Assembly: GCA_025453395.1 (NCBI GenBank)
Contig: JALOQK010000001.1
Span: 74,244-138,243 of the forward strand
Length of the DNA stretch: 64,000 bases
Direction: 5' to 3'
DNA from: Candidatus Omnitrophota bacterium
GTDB taxonomy: Bacteria > Omnitrophota > Gorgyraeia > Gygaellales > Profunditerraquicolaceae
The notes under the pieces were generated by a model. That model had not been told where the DNA came from, did not search any database, and worked only from the letters and a program-made list of their open reading frames with translations. Both the position numbers and the translations under genes were made by a program. Shown here piece by piece: positions 17,847 to 24,811 of this stretch (position 1 is its first letter; each line of letters starts with the position of its first letter).

Positions 17847-18308
17847 CTATTTTACCCCAAGGATTTTCTTTATTTGCTCATCCGGGTAACGGTTATCCCG
17901 GGCGGCAATGTTTCCTTCTTTATCAATTATAATATAAGCGGGAATCCCATAAACCATAAAAGAACCTACCACTGTTTGCTGTTGATCCAAAAGAACCGGA
18001 TATTTCAAATCACGCAATTGCACGAATTTCTCAACTTTTTCCCGTGATTCCCCGATATTAATCGCCAAGATCTCAAGCCCGCCCTTTGAAGTTTCCGGAT
18101 ATTTGCCATTAACATCCAGAAGCGCCTGACGGCAATACGGGCACCAGGTGGTCCAAAAAAGAAGAAGCACCGGCTTTTGATTCTTAAAGCTAGTTAAGGT
18201 AACCTCTTGCCCTTTTAGATCCTTAAGCTTAAAATCCTGGGCAAAACAAACCCCGGACAATAAAACAAATAACGCAACCAAACTTACGGTTAATTTCTTA
18301 ATTCTCAT
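17847..18308 (-). CDS. Thiol:disulfide oxidoreductase, TlpA/ResA family (thioredoxin fold, WCPYC)
   Basis: Signal peptide MRIKKLTVSLVALFVLLSG and FWTTWCPYCRQ active site. Start moved to the MRIKK Met, which overlaps the ccdA stop; the longer ORF extends to 18395. Confidence 0.8.
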   Translation of the reverse strand: MRIKKLTVSLVALFVLLSGVCFAQDFKLKDLKGQEVTLTSFKNQKPVLLLFWTTWCPYCRQALLDVNGKYPETSKGGLEILAINIGESREKVEKFVQLRDLKYPVLLDQQQTVVGSFMVYGIPAYIIIDKEGNIAARDNRYPDEQIKKILGVK

Positions 18309-18979
18309 TAAAGCCCCCTTATCCCTGAAAAAATAATAACTGCCCCCATGATTAATAAAATCAACGCTGCCGCGCGTTTTGCATAAAACATCCACTTTCC
18401 GGATTTAGGCATTGATAAAATCACGCTTCCTAAAAATCCGGCAAGAATAAATATCATCCCCAGGCCATAGGCAAAGCTTAAAAGAAGACTTGCGCCGTAG
18501 AAAACATTTTGTTTTGCCGCCAACAAAAGCAATATCGAGCCTAATACGGGGCTGACACAAGGGGTGATCACCAAAGCAGAAGTTATCCCTAAAACAAAAA
18601 CCCCTGAATAGCCGCATCCCTTAGGTTTTACTGACTTGGTAATATTTAAAAAAGGTAGATTCACCAAGTCAAACATTGCCGCACCAAATAAAATAACGAT
18701 TAAGCCGATGATGATCTGGGTAACTGGGTGGCTTGAAACAGTGCCAAAGACTTTTCCAGTCAAAGAGGCCAAGATCCCAAGCAGCATATAGGTAAAAGCT
18801 AACCCCGAACTATAGGCTAATCCTAAAAGGAACCCTTTTAGTTTTGAGCCGGCACAGCTTATACCGATATAACTTAAGCTAACCGGCAAAAGCGGATACA
18901 CGCAAGGAGTCAAGCTTAAAAGAACGCCCCCCAAGAAAGCAATTAAATAATCAAGAATTCCGCCGGACAGATTCATCAA
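18308..18979 (-). CDS. ccdA: Cytochrome c-type biogenesis / disulfide-transfer membrane protein CcdA (DsbD TM domain)
   Basis: Two-Cys motif CVYPLLP and the six-TM architecture typical of CcdA; coupled to the downstream TlpA gene. Confidence 0.85.
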   Translation of the reverse strand: MMNLSGGILDYLIAFLGGVLLSLTPCVYPLLPVSLSYIGISCAGSKLKGFLLGLAYSSGLAFTYMLLGILASLTGKVFGTVSSHPVTQIIIGLIVILFGAAMFDLVNLPFLNITKSVKPKGCGYSGVFVLGITSALVITPCVSPVLGSILLLLAAKQNVFYGASLLLSFAYGLGMIFILAGFLGSVILSMPKSGKWMFYAKRAAALILLIMGAVIIFSGIRGL

Positions 18980-19271
18980 TCCATTTAAGGTAGCTTTTTA
19001 TTCCGCCGATTATAGGAAGGGCTATAATTTCCGGAACTTGGTAACTATGTAGAGATTTTACCTTTTTAATGATCTTATTCAAAAGTGATTTCTTAGACTT
19101 AATTATCATCAAGCACTCATTTGCCTGATCAATCTTTTTTTCCCACCAGAAAAATGAACTTACCCCCTGCAAAATATTCACGCAGGCGGCCAATTTATTT
19201 TCCAGAAGGCCGTTTGATATTTTTACTGCTTCCTCTTTGCTGGAAGCTGTGACTAAAACTACGATATACAT
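18951..19271 (-). CDS. cutA: Divalent-cation tolerance protein CutA
   Basis: 106 aa with the LAACVN...WW.K CutA1 signature. Confidence 0.85.
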   Translation of the reverse strand: MYIVVLVTASSKEEAVKISNGLLENKLAACVNILQGVSSFFWWEKKIDQANECLMIIKSKKSLLNKIIKKVKSLHSYQVPEIIALPIIGGIKSYLKWIDESVRRNS

Positions 19272-19339
19272 TATTGTCCCCTATATTAGAATCATACCAC
19301 GAAATAAACTTATCTTCAAGGCATCCGGAAGCTCTTATA

Positions 19340-19588
19340 CTAATTAGAAGCCTTTTCCTCTATCTTCATGGATTTTATTTTCCCGAATTGCGCGCAGATG
19401 TCAAAGATGATCGTCGGCTCTTCCACAGTCATGCTGATCTTATACTGATCAGTCCGCGATAAACCATTCTCTTCTATTTGAGCTACTTGAATAGCCTGCG
19501 CGAATTCCACAAGGGCACTTTTTACCGCCTGAAGGTTTGTCGCGGTATACGTGTGAAGAATAAAATCTAAAGTATAGTAAGGTATCAT
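19340..19588 (-). CDS. Small hypothetical protein (82 aa), possibly ferredoxin-like/ACT-like fold
   Basis: 4-bp start/stop overlap with pgeF suggests a real, translationally coupled gene; no motif recognised. Confidence 0.4.
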   Translation of the reverse strand: MIPYYTLDFILHTYTATNLQAVKSALVEFAQAIQVAQIEENGLSRTDQYKISMTVEEPTIIFDICAQFGKIKSMKIEEKASN

Positions 19589-20301
19589 TTAAGCATAAGC
19601 GCTGACATCATCCTGCCGCAAGAAACGCCTTCTTTACGATAAGAAAAATATTTATTATTATTGCAAAAGTTACACTCTTGTTTATCCTCAATGTTTCTTG
19701 GATCGACCCCCCAAGAAACTATCTGCCTTTTATTGGCATTTCCCAAATCGAAATAATATTTACCGCCTTTAAAAGTTACATCTTCGGGAAAGAAATCTTT
19801 GAATTCTTCTCCCACTTCATAGCAACAACTCTTTATGCGGGGGCCGAACCCGCAATACACGTTCTCTGGAGAAGTAGAAAACTCTTTGCGCATATATTCC
19901 AGAGTTTTTAAACATATCTGTTTTTTTGTCCCGCGCCATCCGGCATGCACTATTCCCGCGGCATGATTCTTTTTGTCATAGATAAAAACTGCTAAGCAAT
20001 CCGCGGTAAATACTGCCATGGGCAAGCCTGCGGCATTAGTAATAAAGGCATCAGTTTTATCAAAAGCGCTATCAGGCGACAACGCGCCCCTTCCAGCATC
20101 TGCTAAGACTACTTTTCTTACCATAGCAGAATGCGCCTGAACCCCGCAGGCAAGCTTCTTGTAATCTATACCCAAAAAACTTAAGAAATCTTTCCGATTC
20201 TGCAAAGAGCTTGTTGTGTCCCCGTGGGCCAAAGACATATTATAAGGCTTACTGCTTGTAGCGCAAATTAAACCTGGAAGATTAAACACGCAGGGCATCA
20301 A
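19585..20301 (-). CDS. pgeF: Peptidoglycan editing factor PgeF / YfiH (DUF152 purine nucleoside phosphorylase/laccase-domain)
   Basis: HSAMV, FTADCLAV and HAGWRGT motifs characteristic of YfiH/PgeF. Confidence 0.85.
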   Translation of the reverse strand: MMPCVFNLPGLICATSSKPYNMSLAHGDTTSSLQNRKDFLSFLGIDYKKLACGVQAHSAMVRKVVLADAGRGALSPDSAFDKTDAFITNAAGLPMAVFTADCLAVFIYDKKNHAAGIVHAGWRGTKKQICLKTLEYMRKEFSTSPENVYCGFGPRIKSCCYEVGEEFKDFFPEDVTFKGGKYYFDLGNANKRQIVSWGVDPRNIEDKQECNFCNNNKYFSYRKEGVSCGRMMSALMLK

Positions 20302-21212
20302 GATTGTTTTTCCTGTATCTTTTCCAGCTGCTGGGTAATTTTCTCCAGATGTTTAAAGCTTTCTTCAAATTTACCGCGGGTGTTATTAATATGCGCGCCT
20401 AAAGTAGTAAAATCCTCCTGAAATTTATTCATCTGAACGCCAAGCGCGCTTAACCCTTTGAGTATTGCCTTGGCATTTTCTTCTATCTGAAGCCCTTTTA
20501 AACCCATACAAATAATCTCTAGATAAGCGTAAAAGGTATTCGGTGATACCGGAATGATCTTCTTGGCAGTAAAAATACCCAGCATGTCCTGGTTGACAAT
20601 GATTTCATAGTAGACATTTTCCGCCGGAATATACATAAAAGCAAAATCATAAGTACCCTCATCAGGAAGAATGTACTTAGAGGAGATTTCGTCAATGCGA
20701 TTCTTCACATCCTGTGTAAAACGCTTACGAAAAGAATTCTTGGCGTCTTCATCAACTGCTTCCTGCAAGCGCTGAAAATTCTCTAAGCTGAACTTGGCGT
20801 CAATAGAAAGCACTTTTCCGGCAAGCTTGATTACCGCGTCCACCGCGTCGCCGGTTTTAAAACGATATTGAAGCGCGAAATATTGTTTAGGCAAAACTTC
20901 AGCTAAAAGATTTTCCAGCATCCGTTCGCCTAATTGCCCGCGGAATTTAGGCGCTCTTAAAAGCTGCTGCAAGGCAGATATATCCCGGCTTATCTCAACG
21001 ATCTGGCGGTTGGTTTCTTCCAGCTTACCCAGCTTTTCATACACCCCGCTAAACACTGTGGTGGTATTTCCAAGCGACTGGGTAAAGAATTTCCTGGCCT
21101 CATCCACCGCGCCTGTAACTTCAGAAAGCTTCTGATTGATCTTGCGGATAAGAAAAAATAACAGGCAGGCGATAAATATACCAACAATAATTAACACTAA
21201 ATTAGTTATCAT
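20298..21212 (-). CDS. rmuC: DNA recombination protein RmuC
   Basis: N-terminal TM helix, long coiled coil, C-terminal FDFAFMYIPAENVYYE RmuC core. Confidence 0.8.
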   Translation of the reverse strand: MITNLVLIIVGIFIACLLFFLIRKINQKLSEVTGAVDEARKFFTQSLGNTTTVFSGVYEKLGKLEETNRQIVEISRDISALQQLLRAPKFRGQLGERMLENLLAEVLPKQYFALQYRFKTGDAVDAVIKLAGKVLSIDAKFSLENFQRLQEAVDEDAKNSFRKRFTQDVKNRIDEISSKYILPDEGTYDFAFMYIPAENVYYEIIVNQDMLGIFTAKKIIPVSPNTFYAYLEIICMGLKGLQIEENAKAILKGLSALGVQMNKFQEDFTTLGAHINNTRGKFEESFKHLEKITQQLEKIQEKQS

Positions 21213-21235
21213 TATTCTCTATTCCCGATTTCCGC

Positions 21236-21350
21236 CATCTTTTTTATCTTTTTATTTTGGTTATTGGACATTGGTGTTTGATTATTATTTGGTTATTTAA
21301 CATTTGGTTATTGGTTATTTACTACTTTTACCTTTTTGCTTTATTTATTA
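21236..21350. repeat. 'ttggttatt'-rich element (family G, single arm)
   Basis: ttttggttattggacattggtgtttgattattatttggttatttaacatttggttattggttattt; resembles the arms of the palindrome at 33050-33240. Confidence 0.6.
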
Positions 21351-21363
21351 TACCATTTACCCG

Positions 21364-22083
21364 CTAAAGCAAGTAATCCTTTTTCACGCGCTTAATACTT
21401 CTGAAGATGTTTTTCTTCACATCGGGGCAGACTTTTTCCAACTCTTGTATGATGCGGGAAATTCTGGTGCGATTTGAGATGTGGTAATTAGGACATGTGC
21501 AATCATAGGTTTTAAGTTTCTCGGATTTTACAAACCTCTCTATCAACCTTTCCTCCACATAGGCCAAGGGGCGGATAATCTGGATTTTCCCGTGGAATAA
21601 TTCCTGTTTGGGATTCATCGCGGAAATCTCGCCTTGAAAGAAAAGATTTAAAAGCGTAGTCTGGATAATATCGTCAAAATGATGCCCTAATGCCACCTTA
21701 TTACAACCCAACCTGTCCGAACATTTAAAAAGCGCCTTGCGCCTGTTCCAGGCGCACCAAAAACAGGTAATATCCTTTTTCTTCATCTTTCTTAACTCAT
21801 CGGTTTTTTCTATATGATACTCTACCCCCATTTTCTGGAAGTGCTTTTCCAGTTGTTTTGCCGATGATTTGGGATAACCCATGTCAATATGGATAGCTAC
21901 CAGGGAATATTTGATAGGGACAAAGGTCCTTCTGTCGTTTAAAACCCGAAGAAGCGTCAAGCTGTCTTTACCGCCAGAAACAGCAACCGCAACCTTATCG
22001 CCTTCCTGAAGCATATCATAGTCGGTAATTGCCTTTCCGATACGCTTGGAAACATAAAACTCTTCGCCCTTAATAATTGACAT
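21364..22083 (-). CDS. ttcA: tRNA 2-thiocytidine(32) synthetase TtcA (PP-loop ATPase)
   Basis: SGGKDS PP-loop and the CxxC pairs (CFWCAWNRR, CTCPNY) of TtcA. Confidence 0.8.
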   Translation of the reverse strand: MSIIKGEEFYVSKRIGKAITDYDMLQEGDKVAVAVSGGKDSLTLLRVLNDRRTFVPIKYSLVAIHIDMGYPKSSAKQLEKHFQKMGVEYHIEKTDELRKMKKKDITCFWCAWNRRKALFKCSDRLGCNKVALGHHFDDIIQTTLLNLFFQGEISAMNPKQELFHGKIQIIRPLAYVEERLIERFVKSEKLKTYDCTCPNYHISNRTRISRIIQELEKVCPDVKKNIFRSIKRVKKDYLL

Positions 22084-22127
22084 AGCGTTTAATTATACAG
22101 CCTCAAATTAAAAAACCAAACATATTT

Positions 22128-22236
22128 CTTAGCTAAAAAATTAAAGCGTAAAGCTAAAAACTACAGTGCAAAATTAAAAATTTTTAATTTTGAATTATGG
22201 TTTTTAGTTTTACGCTTTTAGCTTTACGCTTTTTGC
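22128..22236. repeat. Family B heptamer palindrome, copy 2
   Basis: aaagcgtaaagctaaaaactacag...ggtttttagttttacgcttttagctttacgcttt. Confidence 0.7.
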
Positions 22237-22240
22237 CTCT

Positions 22241-22453
22241 TTATCTACTGCGGCGTATGGCAGCTAAACTTATTTTTCTTTTTGTTTCGGCGGAATGGTG
22301 CTTTCCGTACATGGGGTTATTTTTGCCTTTAGTAGCTTGTGATATTTTAGCCAGGGAAGATTTCTTGTGGCGCTTTCCGTACATGGAATTACTCTTTCCT
22401 CTTTGCGCTAAACTGATCTTGCGCTTTGTCGCCTCTGACTGCTTTCTCTTCAT
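22241..22453 (-). CDS. Standalone NUMOD3-repeat DNA-binding mini-protein (70 aa), homing-endonuclease remnant-like
   Basis: Three tandem NUMOD3-type motifs: SEATKRKISLAQRGK..., KSSLAKISQATKGKNNPMYGK, SAETKRKISLAAIRRS. No nuclease domain in frame upstream. Confidence 0.65.
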   Translation of the reverse strand: MKRKQSEATKRKISLAQRGKSNSMYGKRHKKSSLAKISQATKGKNNPMYGKHHSAETKRKISLAAIRRSR

Positions 22454-22580
22454 ATGCCCTCCATTTGTTTATATTATACCCCAATCCAGTCAAAATCTCA
22501 ATCTTAAATTTTGCCAAAAAGGCTAACACCCGCGCAATACAAGTTAAGCGCGGGTGCCGGAACAAAACAACAATATCTAT

Positions 22581-22600
22581 TTAGCTAAAGCGTCTACAAA
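22581..22600. repeat. 20-bp direct repeat TTAGCTAAAGCGTCTACAAA (left boundary of 2-kb cassette)
   Basis: Identical 20-mer recurs at 24615-24634. Confidence 0.8.
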
Positions 22601-22603
22601 CTA

Positions 22604-23002
22604 TTAACTAACCTCAACGCCATGTTTTCGCTTAAATTCTTCTTTCACTTTGGGAAAAATCAGGAAAGATAATTTATAATAAGGTTTAATAAATAAGGAA
22701 TTTAACAACTGCGGGATTTCGCTTTCTGGTGTTACAGGCTCAAAGAAATATTCCTTGGCCTGCTCAACAGTTAAAAAAGGCTTCCAAAGAAGCATTCCAA
22801 CACCCATACCTAAAAATGTAAAAATATAAAGCATTGTTCCAGTTAATGGCAGGACTGCGCAAAAAATTATAAAACGGCTTGGTTTTGGCCCGAATATAAA
22901 TGCTAAAAAACAAATTGAGGCTATTATGCCTACGAAAATAACAAACATCATTACCAGAAAAGCTATAAAATTAACCAACTGTTTAAATTTTTCTTTGTTC
23001 AT
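22604..23002 (-). CDS. Small membrane protein, unknown function (132 aa)
   Basis: Three predicted TM helices; lies inside the direct-repeat-bounded cassette. Confidence 0.5.
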   Translation of the reverse strand: MNKEKFKQLVNFIAFLVMMFVIFVGIIASICFLAFIFGPKPSRFIIFCAVLPLTGTMLYIFTFLGMGVGMLLWKPFLTVEQAKEYFFEPVTPESEIPQLLNSLFIKPYYKLSFLIFPKVKEEFKRKHGVEVS

Positions 23003-23030
23003 AGTTATTTTCTGTCGGCCTTGCCTTTTC

Positions 23031-23582
23031 TTACTTGAATGATTTTAAGGTAAAGGCCCCTATTAAACCTAATCCAAAACATATTGGCACAGTATAAGCA
23101 GCCATCTTAGCAAGCGCCTTCATGGATTCACGAAATGAAACTTCCTTGGTGCCTTGGGCTTCCTTATTAAATACTTTTCTGGCTGGCGGGATACACCAAG
23201 CCAAAAGATTTGCTACTATCATCCCCAACGCCAGAGAAGAAAAAATAAGAGGCACCATAAGAAGAAAACTTGAAATAAAGCTTTCGGCGGACATCTTCCC
23301 TCTCCAGAATTGCGAAAACTTACCGGCATGTTCCGGGAATATCAGGATATGAATATTCCATAGTATTTTGAATTGAAAAACCCAACTAAACCATACACCC
23401 AACACAGTAAACGGTATTAAAATCAAATTCCACGGACTTTTTCTACGGCCGGCTCTTGCAGTAGCTTCGGTCAGATATTCCCCACCGGATTTAGTCTTGG
23501 AAGCTATATGCAAAATAACCCAGATAAGAATTATGCTAACAGCTGGAACAAGTAAACTAGATAAGATTTCTCTTTTCATCAT
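23031..23582 (-). CDS. Membrane protein, unknown function (183 aa)
   Basis: Four to five hydrophobic helices; lies inside the cassette. Confidence 0.5.
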   Translation of the reverse strand: MMKREILSSLLVPAVSIILIWVILHIASKTKSGGEYLTEATARAGRRKSPWNLILIPFTVLGVWFSWVFQFKILWNIHILIFPEHAGKFSQFWRGKMSAESFISSFLLMVPLIFSSLALGMIVANLLAWCIPPARKVFNKEAQGTKEVSFRESMKALAKMAAYTVPICFGLGLIGAFTLKSFK

Positions 23583-23696
23583 ATTTATTATATCGCTGTC
23601 AAATCAAAATCTCAATTATAATTTTCGACCGGTCACAAATTGTGACCAGTTCATCTATTTCAGCTTTTGCCACCTCCCTGCCCAGAAAGGGCACAT

Positions 23697-23724
23697 TTGC
23701 GCCTGCCTGCCGGCAGGCAGGCAA
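23697..23724. repeat. 28-bp perfect palindrome TTGCGCCTGCCTGCCGGCAGGCAGGCAA (family C)
   Basis: Exact dyad symmetry. The same 22-bp core is at 46663-46684, with variants at 33170-33191 and 24655-24690. Confidence 0.85.
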
Positions 23725-23786
23725 TTCCGATAAGCACAAGGTATCTACCTTATTAGACGAGGGAGATTGTTAAATCTTACAAAAAT

Positions 23787-23826
23787 AAAAAGGACGGTTA
23801 TTTTTAATAGAACCGTCCCTTTATTT
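23787..23826. terminator. Bidirectional terminator hairpin GGACGGTT...AACCGTCC, downstream of brnA
   Basis: aaaaaggacggttatttttaatagaaccgtccctttattt; A-run upstream, T-run downstream. Confidence 0.7.
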
Positions 23827-23836
23827 GCTTATTTGC

Positions 23837-24088
23837 TTATCTTACCCCTTGCGCCACCTGATGCAGGATTTCGGAAATAAAAGTTTGGTATTTAACGCCC
23901 AATTGCCTTGCTTTTTGCTTAATATGTTCCAGATCATAGCTATTCACCCGGATATTCAACACCGCGTCTTTCTTTCTGGCTTCAAGCATCCGCGCGATTC
24001 TATCGTATTCCTCTTTACCCGCAGGCACAAACTCTTCAAAATGATCTTCAATCCATTGCTCCTCTTTGGTTAATTTTATCTTTCTCAT
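23837..24088 (-). CDS. brnA: BrnA-family antitoxin (ribbon-helix-helix)
   Basis: 83 aa; LNIRVNSYDLEHIKQKARQLGVKYQTFISEILHQ matches the BrnA C-terminal RHH pattern. 4-bp overlap with the upstream toxin gene. Confidence 0.75.
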   Translation of the reverse strand: MRKIKLTKEEQWIEDHFEEFVPAGKEEYDRIARMLEARKKDAVLNIRVNSYDLEHIKQKARQLGVKYQTFISEILHQVAQGVR

Positions 24089-24345
24089 ATAATCACCTCT
24101 TTCTTATAAATTTTCTTGTATTTACGACACGGATATAATGTTTTTAAGAAAATACCTTCTGCGTCAGCAACAAATGGCGCCGCCCAAACATACCCATTAT
24201 GTTCATATATCAAAATCCCTTGATTGTTCCTGCTTGGATGTTGCAGGACATCTAAAAACTTTGCTTTGACTATTTCTTCGAATGAAACGCCACGTATGCG
24301 TTTTAATCTTGCACTTTTTGTTACATTCCATCTGATTGCCTCCAT
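24085..24345 (-). CDS. brnT: BrnT-family toxin (DUF497 RNase)
   Basis: 86 aa; W..K...N..KHGVSFEE-like N-terminus (RWNVTKSARLKRIRGVSFEEIVKAKF); toxin-first gene order typical of BrnTA. Confidence 0.75.
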   Translation of the reverse strand: MEAIRWNVTKSARLKRIRGVSFEEIVKAKFLDVLQHPSRNNQGILIYEHNGYVWAAPFVADAEGIFLKTLYPCRKYKKIYKKEVII

Positions 24346-24442
24346 AAAATTGTCGTGCCGCTTGTTGTATATACAATTGTATTATAAAGAGACCTCCTTG
24401 TCAAATTCTTTTATTTCCACGGCACCTACCCCCTTTCATCCA

Positions 24443-24585
24443 TATTAGACGAAGGAGGTTGCTGAATCTTACACAAAAAGTGTAGGCCAGCTTATCCTAT
24501 AAAGCTGGGCCTTACAAAAAAGTCACAAGGTCACAAAAAAAGGACGGCTCATTTTAATGAGGCCGCCCTTTATCCTGCCCTTAAT
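24443..24585. repeat. Second copy of the ~80-bp 'ttagacgaRggaG...aaaggacgg...ccgtccctttat' element (with insertions); first copy at 23745-23830
   Basis: catattagacgaaggaggttgctgaatcttaca...aaaaaaaggacggctcattttaatgaggccgcccttta aligns with ccttattagacgagggagattgttaaatcttaca...aaaaaggacggttatttttaatagaaccgtcccttta. Confidence 0.65.
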
Positions 24586-24614
24586 TGTTTTGTAATTTAT
24601 TGGAAGACTAGAGG

Positions 24615-24634
24615 TTAGCTAAAGCGTCTACAAA
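24615..24634. repeat. 20-bp direct repeat TTAGCTAAAGCGTCTACAAA (right boundary of cassette)
   Basis: Identical to 22581-22600. Confidence 0.8.
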
Positions 24635-24811
24635 TAATGAATTTTAAATTGTGGTTTTGCCTGCCTGTCTGCCGTAGGCAGACCTACCGGCAGGTAGGCG
24701 TTTTTCGCTTTTAGCTTTACGCTAACTAAGCTCTACCCGAGCTAGTGACAATCTGTCCTGCTTCGCCATTTAACTAACAAAATATGGTATGGCTTCGCAG
24801 AGACTGCGCCA

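Noticed and set aside
22197-22526. 109-aa + strand ORF
   Set aside because: Fully antisense to the NUMOD3 mini-gene, which has a recognisable repeated motif; the + strand product is low-complexity (Leu/Phe-rich) with no features.
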